Shown piece by piece: positions 27,271-36,564 of a stretch of 64,000 bases of DNA (positions are counted from its first letter, which is position 1; each line of letters starts with the position of its first letter). A program made the translations under genes and the position numbers. The DNA is from Methanobacteriota archaeon (lineage in GTDB: Archaea; Thermoplasmatota; Thermoplasmata; SG8-5; DAIRED01), in contig JAZDNO010000019.1 in assembly GCA_043799545.1 (NCBI GenBank), positions 1 to 64,000 of the forward strand, read 5' to 3'. The notes below the pieces were generated by a model that was not told the DNA's origin, ran no database searches, and saw nothing but the letters and a program-made list of their open reading frames with translations.

Positions 27271-27377
27271 CGGTTCTATGATGGGTAAACGGTTATATAG
27301 AATTTTTGCATACCTGCACATACATGCAACTGTTCGGCAGGGGCGATGGCGGCGACGCCAAGAAAGGCAACGGAGCC

Positions 27378-28706
27378 ATGAGGCGCGAGATAATCGCATT
27401 CACCTGGCCTCTCATCCTGACCAACCTGCTCCAGACGCTCACGGTAACAGTCAACATGGTGATGGTCGGAAACCTCGGGGCGGATGTCGGGCCGACCGCC
27501 ATCGCAGGCATAGGGCTTGGGGGGCAGGTTGTCTTCCTGGCGCATTCCATCATGATTGCCGTGAGCGCCGGGACCATCGCCCTGGTCGCTCGATACACCG
27601 GAGCCAAGGAGCCGGAAAAGGCGCGGCGGGTTTTGAAGCAGAGCCTCTTCCTCGGTTTGGCGCTTTCAGTACCGCTGACGCTCTTCGGCTGGTTCCTGGG
27701 CGGGGACATGGTGGGGCTCTTCGGCGCGGAGCCGGAGGTGCGGCACCTCGGCACGGTTTACGTGCAGATAGTCTTCCTCGGCACGACTTTCAGCTTCGTG
27801 GAGTTCATCGCCGGCTCGGCCATGAGGGGGGCTGGGGACACGAAGACGCCTTTGCTGGTGGCGCTGCTTACGAACCTGGTCAACGTCGTCGTCGGGTTCA
27901 TGCTGATTTACGGGGAGCTGGGCTTCCCGAGGATGGGCGTGGAGGGCGCGGCGGTCGCGAACGTTCTGGCATTCCTCACTGGCGCCATCGCATATCTAAT
28001 AATCCTGCTGAGCGACAGGTTCGCGCTGAGCCTGCGGGAGAGCGGCAGCACGCACGATTGGGGAATAACAAAAAAAGTGATGAAGATAGGCTCCCCAGCG
28101 GCGATGGAGCAGATACTCATCCAGATTGGCTTCCTGTTCTACACCTACCTGATAGTCCACTTCGGCACTAGCGCCCTGGCGGCCCACCAGATCGGCCAGC
28201 GCATCCAGAGCTTGGCCTTCATGCCTGGGATGGGGTTCTCTGCCGCCGCGACGGCGCTCGTGGGCCAGCATCTCGGGGCGCGCGACCCCGGAGGTGCTGA
28301 GAAATGCGGCTGGGAGTCGTCCAAGCTGTCGATTATGGTCATGGTGGGCGTGGGGACGTTCATGTTCATCGCCGCCGAGCTGATGGCCGGGATATTCGTC
28401 AAGGACCCGGACACCGTGAGGCTCGCAGCGATGTGGATAAGGGTGCAGGCGCTGGCGATGCCCGCCATCGGCCTGTTCTTCACGATATCCGGAGGTTTGC
28501 GCGGTGCGGGGGACACGCGCTGGCCCTTGACCGCCTCGGGGGTCGGCATATACGCTGTCCGCCTTCCCATAGCGATAGCTCTCGGCATCTGGGCGGGGCT
28601 CGGAGTGCTGGGGGCGTGGATTGGATTCCTCATCGAATACAACACCAGGGCGCTCATCATCGGCTGGAGGTTCAGGCTGGGAAAGTGGAAGACCATCAAA
28701 GTTTGA
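27378..28706 (+). CDS. MATE family efflux transporter
   Basis: Two MatE repeats, ~12 TMs, MRGAGDTKTP and LRGAGDTRWP; start 27378 or 27324. Confidence 0.93.
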   Translation: MRREIIAFTWPLILTNLLQTLTVTVNMVMVGNLGADVGPTAIAGIGLGGQVVFLAHSIMIAVSAGTIALVARYTGAKEPEKARRVLKQSLFLGLALSVPLTLFGWFLGGDMVGLFGAEPEVRHLGTVYVQIVFLGTTFSFVEFIAGSAMRGAGDTKTPLLVALLTNLVNVVVGFMLIYGELGFPRMGVEGAAVANVLAFLTGAIAYLIILLSDRFALSLRESGSTHDWGITKKVMKIGSPAAMEQILIQIGFLFYTYLIVHFGTSALAAHQIGQRIQSLAFMPGMGFSAAATALVGQHLGARDPGGAEKCGWESSKLSIMVMVGVGTFMFIAAELMAGIFVKDPDTVRLAAMWIRVQALAMPAIGLFFTISGGLRGAGDTRWPLTASGVGIYAVRLPIAIALGIWAGLGVLGAWIGFLIEYNTRALIIGWRFRLGKWKTIKV

Positions 28707-28784
28707 CTCATGACCCACGATTTGAAAAGCCGCATTTATTTGGAAAGCTTTATTTACAGTGCACGACTATACAAAACATACTTT

Positions 28785-31700
28785 ATGAACGCGCGCAGGA
28801 ATCAGCTGCTAGCGCTTTGGGTAGGCATAGCACTAGCCGTGCCGCTGTCGGCGTTTCTGCACGCGGATGGCGCGGATGTCGGCAGCGATATCGTGACGCC
28901 GATGTCGAACCAGCCGGCTGGCGTCACGTTCTACGACGCGGTGTGGGATTCGGACATGAGCCGGATGGTGGGTGTCGGATTCGACGGAGGGGACCATGCG
29001 GCCTATGGTCTGGACCCAACCGACCTAACATGGGGGGCGCTCACGGATTACGGAAGTCCGTTATATGGCGTCGATTTTGATGCGGGGACGGATCAGTTTG
29101 TGATGGTGGGCGGTTCGACGACGCCAGTCGTGTATGTCGGTTACAATTCTCCCGACGAATTTATCGTGACACGACCAGCTATCGCGGGTGTCCACTATCA
29201 AGACGTTGCGGTATTTGGAGCCAATAAGTTCGTGGCAATAACTGACAACGGCAGGGCTTTTTATCATTATTACACGGCGAGTTGGCAGTACGTTGAAATC
29301 ACCGGAGCGCTGCCCGACAACCAGATGGTATTCGAGTCCGCCTTCCACGACACGACCAACGACATCGTCTGGATGATCGGTTGGGAGACGACGAACGGCT
29401 GGGCGAGGGCCTACAGGGTGCACACATCCGACTTGACGAATGGTGTGTATGTGGCATATCGTGACATGCCACAAAATGGCCAAACGGCTTACATCGGAGG
29501 GGACTGGAGCTCAAACGATTATGGCATTATCGTTGGGGACGAGAGGATAACAAAATTCGAGGTCTCGGACGCGAGCCCGTCCTACGCGACTGAGAAACTG
29601 TTTTATAGCGGAGCACCCAACAAGCGCACTGGCACGCAGATGGTCTGGTGCGATTCGATAAAGCAGTTTCTGCTGTTCGGTGGCTTGTCTGAGACTGGCT
29701 TGTACCTGCAGGACACGTGGCTGTACAACCCGTACGGTGGAAAATGGACGGAGCTGACGGCAATACCGGCAATTAGGAAGCCGGACATTCGGGGATACCA
29801 CGGCTTGGGGTACGACCCATCGACAGACCAAGTGATTCTTTACGGGGGTAAGAATTTGGGCGCCACCCTTGGAGACACCTGGAACCTTACGGCTAGCAAA
29901 GCCAGCTATGGATGGACCAAGAGAACACCTGCCACATCCCCCGGACTGCTGGCATACACGGCCATGTGCTATTGCTCGCGACCCTCATACGCGGGTATAT
30001 ATTTATATGGCGGGTTGGGCACCGGCGGGGACAACGATACGTTTTTTAAATGGACCGGCGCAACCTGGACCAACACCGGGGCGAACGGGCCACCAACATA
30101 CGGAACCGCAATTGCATACGACCAGGTCTCCCAGAACATCATTCTTTTCGGCGGTAAGGGGTGGTATACTACAACGGCATCATTCAACCCAACAGGTACG
30201 ACTGTGTTGAATCGAGCACCCCCTTCCGCCCCTACGGGTCGCATGAACCACAGCATGGTTTCTTGGAGCCGCTTCAGCGGCCAGGTGGCAATATATGGCG
30301 GGTGGAACGGGCTTGCGGCCGGTTATAAAAACGATTGCTGGTATTACAATTACTCCGCCAACGCATGGGCCCAGGTGCTCGTAACCGGGCAGCCAGGGGT
30401 CAGGAATTTCGCAATGGCAGCCAACAGGACGTATGGCAGCATTTATATTTTTTCTGGAACGACCCAGGTCCAGCCATACACCAACACTACGAGCTCCGTC
30501 GGCCGCCAGACGACAGTCACTACAACGACGATTCTCGACGATGCCGGCATCAACCCCCGGGCCGTCGACTGGTACCCTGACGGGCTGTCAGCGATAATCG
30601 CCGGAGGCAACGGCAAAATTTGGAATTACAGCCACACCTACTCGTCGCTCACCCCGGTCGTTAACACGATATTCCCCGCTGCCAACTACAACGCAGTAGC
30701 GAGCAAGGCTGCGGCCAGCCCGAAATTTGCGATTGTTCTGGGCGACCCGTCCAGCGGATTAAGGATAAACGAGGACATCTCCGGGAGCAGCCCTGTCGAA
30801 CTCGACCTGGCCGGTCCGGCGATAAGCTATGTGAACTTCAACACCACAACGAACCAGCTCATGCTCAACCGCCAGGTGGACGTCGATTCGGGCGGGGGCA
30901 CCACGAATTACAAGGTACAAATCGGCGCCGGCCACCCCGGCGGGGCGACCAGCATTTCAAGCGTGGACGTTTACATGTGGCACGACCTGGGAAATACCAT
31001 GTTTGACAGACCAACGGCTATGGGGGCGGCATTCGACAGCGCGGGCGAGGAGAACCTGAGGATGCATTTCCGATGGACCCGCGGGGTTCCAGATACATGG
31101 ATGCGCCTTTACCCCGCCACCGTCTCCCCCAACGAAGAAACGACCCTGGTGATGGCATCCTGCTCCAGGGTTGACACGCTCCTTAACACAACTCTGACAT
31201 TCGTCATTTCCCCACGCCAGCAGGTGCGTGCGACCGGCAGCGCTTTCGTCCAGGCCCCAGGTACGAGGTATCCAGGCAATCGGGCGACCACGGCGGCCCT
31301 CGACGCCCCCAACACATGGGACTTCAAGGTAGTCCTCACGGACAACGTGGGCACGACCGTCAACGCCTTCGACGAGTTCGGTTTCTTCAAGTACACGTAC
31401 CTCTCTTCCGGGGGTCTCCCGGGGAGCTTGTCCGGCAGCGGAGCGCCGATGACCACGGTCTCTCTTGGCCCCATAGGCCATATCACCTTCAGCAGCAACT
31501 GCGATTACAGGCTCTGCACGTACGTGGACTCGAATTTCCAGGGCGATTTGGGGGGGACTTTCTCCGCCACGAACATGGAGGTGAGCGGAGGCGACTACGG
31601 TTTTCAGCCAATCGCCGGGACCGGAAGCGCCAACCCCGCTTGGATACTGGGCTCAGGCGCGACGTATCACGCGCCCTCTAACAGCGGCCGGGCGACCACG

Positions 31701-31814
31701 ACGGAAGTAGGGCATCCTGGAACGGGCATGGTGCAGTGGAGATGCTTCCTGCCCAGCGTTCCGCAGGATACTTACCGGACATCGATCACATATCTATTGC
31801 AGAACCAGCCATGA
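28785..31814 (+). CDS. Large secreted protein with central Kelch-like repeats
   Basis: Signal-like N-terminus; LLFGG..DTWLY, ILYGG..GDTW, YLYGG, ILFGG, AIYGG Kelch signatures; beta-rich C-terminus. Confidence 0.75.
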   Translation: MNARRNQLLALWVGIALAVPLSAFLHADGADVGSDIVTPMSNQPAGVTFYDAVWDSDMSRMVGVGFDGGDHAAYGLDPTDLTWGALTDYGSPLYGVDFDAGTDQFVMVGGSTTPVVYVGYNSPDEFIVTRPAIAGVHYQDVAVFGANKFVAITDNGRAFYHYYTASWQYVEITGALPDNQMVFESAFHDTTNDIVWMIGWETTNGWARAYRVHTSDLTNGVYVAYRDMPQNGQTAYIGGDWSSNDYGIIVGDERITKFEVSDASPSYATEKLFYSGAPNKRTGTQMVWCDSIKQFLLFGGLSETGLYLQDTWLYNPYGGKWTELTAIPAIRKPDIRGYHGLGYDPSTDQVILYGGKNLGATLGDTWNLTASKASYGWTKRTPATSPGLLAYTAMCYCSRPSYAGIYLYGGLGTGGDNDTFFKWTGATWTNTGANGPPTYGTAIAYDQVSQNIILFGGKGWYTTTASFNPTGTTVLNRAPPSAPTGRMNHSMVSWSRFSGQVAIYGGWNGLAAGYKNDCWYYNYSANAWAQVLVTGQPGVRNFAMAANRTYGSIYIFSGTTQVQPYTNTTSSVGRQTTVTTTTILDDAGINPRAVDWYPDGLSAIIAGGNGKIWNYSHTYSSLTPVVNTIFPAANYNAVASKAAASPKFAIVLGDPSSGLRINEDISGSSPVELDLAGPAISYVNFNTTTNQLMLNRQVDVDSGGGTTNYKVQIGAGHPGGATSISSVDVYMWHDLGNTMFDRPTAMGAAFDSAGEENLRMHFRWTRGVPDTWMRLYPATVSPNEETTLVMASCSRVDTLLNTTLTFVISPRQQVRATGSAFVQAPGTRYPGNRATTAALDAPNTWDFKVVLTDNVGTTVNAFDEFGFFKYTYLSSGGLPGSLSGSGAPMTTVSLGPIGHITFSSNCDYRLCTYVDSNFQGDLGGTFSATNMEVSGGDYGFQPIAGTGSANPAWILGSGATYHAPSNSGRATTTEVGHPGTGMVQWRCFLPSVPQDTYRTSITYLLQNQP

Positions 31815-32518
31815 AGGCGATTATCATAGTCCTGGTTGCTTTGGCGATGCTGGGGCAAGCCGCCCATGGCTCCGAAGCGGCGCTGGAAGAAGGCGCGACC
31901 CACATTTCTGAAACGATAGCCGCGGGCGACTTCCGCGCATACGTCGTCGAGATGGGCCGCGACGACGCCTTGAAGGTCCGCCTGTCGGAATCGTCTGGCG
32001 CCAGGCTGGACTTCTTCCTCACCAACTACTCGGCCTACCTCGTGTACAAGTCTGCGATTCCGGGCGTCGCCTGGGACTTCTTCCATCTCGGGGGGGAGTA
32101 CTCGGCGAAATCCGTTTCCGGAGTGGATTACACTTACAATTCCCTGCGCGCGGACACCATGGTCCTCATTGTCGACAACACGAACCGGACCGACGAGGGC
32201 GCGGATGGCGTTGGAGCGGTGGAGGTCTCTGGGACGATAACCCTGAGCGCAAACTTCTGGGGCTTCGGGGAGATGGCCGCAATCGGCGTAGTCGCCTTGG
32301 CGATGGCCGCGGTAATCGGAATGGCGCTCATGCGTAAAGGGGGAAGGAAACCGGCCTCCAGGCCCCCTGCCCATACACATGCGAAGCCAACTGCCAAACC
32401 ACCAGGGGGCGGCTCGCAGGCCCAGCGCCCGGCGAGAAAGCTGCTGCGCCCCGTCTTGCGCTCGTCCATCCAAAATAGAAAACCATTATCTCCAAAGAAG
32501 GGGATGCGGGGGCGGTGA
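31811..32518 (+). CDS. Secreted beta-domain protein with C-terminal TM and basic tail
   Basis: Signal MKAIIIVLVALAML, DFFLTN..ILVDN motif, TM near residue 160. Confidence 0.65.
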   Translation: MKAIIIVLVALAMLGQAAHGSEAALEEGATHISETIAAGDFRAYVVEMGRDDALKVRLSESSGARLDFFLTNYSAYLVYKSAIPGVAWDFFHLGGEYSAKSVSGVDYTYNSLRADTMVLIVDNTNRTDEGADGVGAVEVSGTITLSANFWGFGEMAAIGVVALAMAAVIGMALMRKGGRKPASRPPAHTHAKPTAKPPGGGSQAQRPARKLLRPVLRSSIQNRKPLSPKKGMRGR

Positions 32519-32519
32519 G

Positions 32520-33119
32520 ACGACGTACACTGACGAGGAGGGCGCTCTGGCGGTGAAGCTGGCGAGGGCTACGATTGAGCATGCGGTAGGCGGGTCGCAG
32601 GCGCCGGACCTGGCAATCCCCGAGAGCTTCAGGAGCAACGCTGGCGCGTTCGTCACCCTGAACACCTACCCCGACGGGCGCCTCAGGGGATGCATCGGTT
32701 ACCCTGAGCCTTTCTACAGGCTCGAGGAATCGATTAAAAGGGGGGCGCAGTCGGCGACGCACGACCCCAGGTTCTCCCCGTTGGCGAAGCGGGAGCTAAT
32801 GGGCGTCGTGGTCGAGGTCAGCATCCTCACGCCGCCCGTGAAAATCGCAGTTGATAAACCGACCGAATACCCGAAACACATAGTCGTGGGCAGGGACGGC
32901 CTCATAGTGGAGAAGAAGTACCACAGGGGGCTCCTGCTGCCCCAGGTCGCGACGGAGTACAAATGGGATTCCAAGGAGTTCCTGGCGAACACCTGCATGA
33001 AGGCGGGGATGATGCCGGACGCATGGCTGGACCGCGACACCGAGATATGGAAGTTCACTGCCGAGGTCTTCGGCGAGAAGGAGCCTCGTGGGCAGGCGAG
33101 GCGGATGGAGCTGGGCTGA
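32520..33119 (+). CDS. AMMECR1 / TIGR00296-type protein
   Basis: GAFVTL..LRGCIGYP, HDPRF, VEVSILT, GLLLPQVA; start uncertain (see findings). Confidence 0.9.
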   Translation, partial: TTYTDEEGALAVKLARATIEHAVGGSQAPDLAIPESFRSNAGAFVTLNTYPDGRLRGCIGYPEPFYRLEESIKRGAQSATHDPRFSPLAKRELMGVVVEVSILTPPVKIAVDKPTEYPKHIVVGRDGLIVEKKYHRGLLLPQVATEYKWDSKEFLANTCMKAGMMPDAWLDRDTEIWKFTAEVFGEKEPRGQARRMELG

Positions 33120-34399
33120 TGGGGCTGGACCTCGTCGTCAAGGGGCGCGCCCTTCTGGACGGCGAGCCGACACAGTGCTGCATCGGCGTCAAGGACGGCC
33201 TCGTCGCCGAGATAAGGAAGGTGCTGGATTGTTCCGATTCGCTCGACTTCGGGGACGCGCTGCTGTTGCCCGCGGCTGTGGACCTGCACGTCCATCTCCG
33301 CGAGCCTGGCAAGGAGCGCAAGGAGGATTTCTTCACGGGAACGATGGCGGCGGCCTTCGGCGGCGTTTCGTGCGTCGCGGACATGCCCAACACGGTCCCG
33401 ATGACCTCGGACGCCAAGTCTTTGAGGGAGAAGCATCTGCTGGCCGGCGCGAAGGCCAACGTCGATTACGGCCTTTGGGGCTTGCTGGCGACCGGTTCCG
33501 ATTTCGACGTTCTGCGCAAGGGAACCGTGGGCTTTAAATTCTTCATGTCAGAGACGACCGGCGCGGCGGGGACCTCGTTCGAGGCCTGGCCGGCACTCGC
33601 AAAATCTGCGGGCCCGTCTCTCGCTGCCGTACACCCTGAGCACCCCCTGGAAATGGAGAGCGGGGTATCTAGCGACCTGGAAGGGCACTCGAAGCTGCGC
33701 AACCCGCTGGCCGAGGCCAGAGGAATCGCGGAAGCCGGGGCCCTGTTCGCGAACGTGCACATGTGCCACGTCTCGTCGAGGAGGGGGCTGGAGGCTCTGG
33801 CGAAGCTGAAGGAGGGGCGCGGGGGCGGCTTTCTGACGGCGGAGGTCACGCCGCACCACCTGTTCCTCAACTCCAGGTCGGAGCTTGGAGCCATGGTCAA
33901 GGTCAACCCTCCCCTCAGGGAGAAGGCGGACCAGGCGGCGCTCTGGGAGGCGCTGGCCTCGGGCGCAGTCGACACCGTCAGCTCGGACCACGCCCCGCAC
34001 ACGCTCGAGGAGAAGCGAGTGGATTTCGAAGACGCGCCGTCGGGCCTTCCGGGCGTGGAAACTGGCTTCCCTCTCATGCTGAAGGCGGTGAAGGACGGGA
34101 GGCTGACGCTGGCAAGGTGCGTCGAAGCCTGCTGCACGGCCCCGGCAAAGAGGTTGAATGCGAACAAAGGCGTAATCGCCGTCGGGTACGACGCCGACCT
34201 TGTCGCGGTCTCGATGCGAGATGTTGTGAAAATCAGGGACGACGACATGCACTCGAAGTGCGGCTGGACGCCCTACGCGGGGATGGAGGCGATATTCCCC
34301 AGGATGACCATGGTTCGCGGCCAGACAATCGTCCGCAACGGCTCGCTGGAGAGCGAGCGGTGCGGGAGGGCGCTCCCTATCCCCGAACCTCGAAAGTAA
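33119..34399 (+). CDS. pyrC: Dihydroorotase
   Basis: DLHVHLREPG, DMPNT, EVTPHHL, KVNPPLR, SDHAPH. Confidence 0.9.
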   Translation: MGLDLVVKGRALLDGEPTQCCIGVKDGLVAEIRKVLDCSDSLDFGDALLLPAAVDLHVHLREPGKERKEDFFTGTMAAAFGGVSCVADMPNTVPMTSDAKSLREKHLLAGAKANVDYGLWGLLATGSDFDVLRKGTVGFKFFMSETTGAAGTSFEAWPALAKSAGPSLAAVHPEHPLEMESGVSSDLEGHSKLRNPLAEARGIAEAGALFANVHMCHVSSRRGLEALAKLKEGRGGGFLTAEVTPHHLFLNSRSELGAMVKVNPPLREKADQAALWEALASGAVDTVSSDHAPHTLEEKRVDFEDAPSGLPGVETGFPLMLKAVKDGRLTLARCVEACCTAPAKRLNANKGVIAVGYDADLVAVSMRDVVKIRDDDMHSKCGWTPYAGMEAIFPRMTMVRGQTIVRNGSLESERCGRALPIPEPRK

Positions 34400-34652
34400 C
34401 CGAATCGCCCGTCGGCTCCGACCATTCAACCGCGACGCTCTCCACCCTGGCGCGCGGCTGGTCGTGCGAGCACCACCTGATGAACTCCTCGACATCACCG
34501 CGTTCACCCTCAGCGACGGCTTCGACGGCCCCGTCTGGGCGGTTGCGCACCCAGCCAGTCAGACCAAGCTCCTTCGCCCTCCTGCGGGCGTTGTCCCTGA
34601 AGAAAACTCCCTGGACGAGGCCCCTGAAGACGACCCTCGCCTTTGCGCTCAT
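34377..34652 (-). CDS. acyP: Acylphosphatase
   Basis: GLVQGVFFR, GWVRNRPDGAVE. Confidence 0.95.
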   Translation of the reverse strand: MSAKARVVFRGLVQGVFFRDNARRRAKELGLTGWVRNRPDGAVEAVAEGERGDVEEFIRWCSHDQPRARVESVAVEWSEPTGDSVTFEVRG

Positions 34653-35851
34653 TTCGCCAGCGGCGACATCGCCCTCAACTTTCCTACGATGCGGGGCATC
34701 TCTCCCAGGAAATAGTCGATGTCCTCTTCCGTGTTCCCGCGGCCCAGCGATAGGCGCAGGGAGCCGTGCACTTCCTCGGCCGGGAGCCCCAGGGCGAGAA
34801 GAACGTGAGAAGCCTTTAGCGACTTTGTGGAGCAGGCCGAGCCCGTCGAGGCCGCAATCCCGGCCATGTCAAGATGGAGCATCATCGACTCGCCCTCTAT
34901 GAACCTGAACCTGAAGCTGGCGCTGTTCGGCAGGCGCTTTGTCCTGTGGCCAGTGAGGTAGCATTCCTTTATCGACGAAATCGTTCCATCGATGAGTCTT
35001 TCCCTCAAAGCCGTCACCCTGGGGACGTCGGTGTCGAGTCGCCGCACCGCCAGCTCGGCAGCCTTTCCGAAGCCGACTATGCCCGGGACATTCGAGGTGC
35101 TCGGCCTCAGCCCCTTCTCGTGCGAGCCGCCGAAGTTCAGAGGCTGGATGCTCAGGCCCTTCTTCATGTACAGCATGCCAACCCCCTTTGGCCCGTACAT
35201 CTTGTGGGCCGTGACAGACATGAAATCCGCATTGAGTTTGTTGACATCCAGCGGTATCTTCGAGGCGCTTTGGATGGCATCGGTGTGAAAGAGCGCGCCC
35301 CCCTCATGGGCGATTTTTCCAATCTCCCCGATAGGCTGGACTGTCCCGATTTCGTTGTTCGCATGCATGATGGAGACGAGCCTCGTGCTCTTCCTCATCG
35401 CCTTCGCGACGTCGTCAGGGTCCACCAAACCCTCCGAGTCGACGGGCAGGAACGTGGCCTCGTAGCCGATGGTCTCCAGATGCTTCATCGTGGCCAGGAC
35501 GGCCGGGTGCTCGATGGCGGAGGTGATGAAATGGCCTCCCTTGTTCTGCTTGAGGAATGCCGTCCCGAGTATCGCCAGGTTGTTGGACTCGGTCCCCCCT
35601 CCCGTGAAGTATATCTCATCCGGGGCTGCGTCGACCATCTTCGCGACCCGCGACCTGGCAATATCGACGGCCGCGTGCGCCTCCACGCCGTAGGAGTGCG
35701 CGCTCGACGCGTTTCCGAAGATTTCCGAGAAGTACGGCAGCATCTCATTCAGGACGAGCGGGTCGACGGGGGCGGTCGCAGAGTGGTCGAGATACACGCG
35801 CCGTATGACCTTTCCAGCCGCCTTCCCCTGGGTCGCTGCGTTGTTTGTCAT
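34649..35851 (-). CDS. iscS: Cysteine desulfurase
   Basis: YLDHSAT, HTDAIQ, TAHKMYGPKG, STGSACS. Confidence 0.95.
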   Translation of the reverse strand: MTNNAATQGKAAGKVIRRVYLDHSATAPVDPLVLNEMLPYFSEIFGNASSAHSYGVEAHAAVDIARSRVAKMVDAAPDEIYFTGGGTESNNLAILGTAFLKQNKGGHFITSAIEHPAVLATMKHLETIGYEATFLPVDSEGLVDPDDVAKAMRKSTRLVSIMHANNEIGTVQPIGEIGKIAHEGGALFHTDAIQSASKIPLDVNKLNADFMSVTAHKMYGPKGVGMLYMKKGLSIQPLNFGGSHEKGLRPSTSNVPGIVGFGKAAELAVRRLDTDVPRVTALRERLIDGTISSIKECYLTGHRTKRLPNSASFRFRFIEGESMMLHLDMAGIAASTGSACSTKSLKASHVLLALGLPAEEVHGSLRLSLGRGNTEEDIDYFLGEMPRIVGKLRAMSPLAK

Positions 35852-35999
35852 TCTATCATTTCTGGTATCTGTTCATCACATATATTTCTGTCGGGCTCGA
35901 CGTGGAAAAACATCGAGGGACTTCCAGAACGCAGGCGAAGCCCGCGCATGAACAACGTTTAAATACGGATACGGTTTCGGGGCGCCCACTGGTGATAAA

Positions 36000-36515
36000 A
36001 TGGTACGCAAGCCGGGCAAGATGTACACGCAGACGAAGGGCAAAGCCTATTGCCGCAGGGAATACATGGGCGGCGTTCCAGCGAACCGCATAACCCAGTA
36101 CGACGTCGGCAACCCGAAGGGGGACTTCCCAGTCGTCATGACCCTGGTGGTCGACGAGACCTGCCAGATAAGGCACACGGCCCTTGAGGCGGCGCGCATA
36201 GCCACCAACAAGTCCATCCAGAAGGCGGCAGGCTCGCTTGGTTACCATCTCAAGGTCAGAGTTTACCCCCACCACGTCATCAGGGAAAACAAGATGGCGA
36301 CTGGCGCGGGCGCAGACCGTGTATCGAGCGGAATGCGAAGGGCATTCGGCAAGGCCGTCGGCACGGCGGCGAGGATGAAGCGCGGGCAGAAGATAATCAC
36401 CCTGCGGACCAGCAACCTCCATTTCGACGCCTGCAAGGAGGCGCTGTACAAGGGCGGTTACAAGCTCCCGACTCCCGTGCGCATCATCGTCGAGAAAGCG
36501 GGCGAGAACGCATAA
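36000..36515 (+). CDS. rpl10e: 50S ribosomal protein L10e/L16
   Basis: [34 protein letters not shown]. Confidence 0.96.
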   Translation: MVRKPGKMYTQTKGKAYCRREYMGGVPANRITQYDVGNPKGDFPVVMTLVVDETCQIRHTALEAARIATNKSIQKAAGSLGYHLKVRVYPHHVIRENKMATGAGADRVSSGMRRAFGKAVGTAARMKRGQKIITLRTSNLHFDACKEALYKGGYKLPTPVRIIVEKAGENA

Positions 36516-36564
36516 ACCTGTCCCATAAACATTTTTACCTGAACAGCCTTTTCACAATGCTGCA

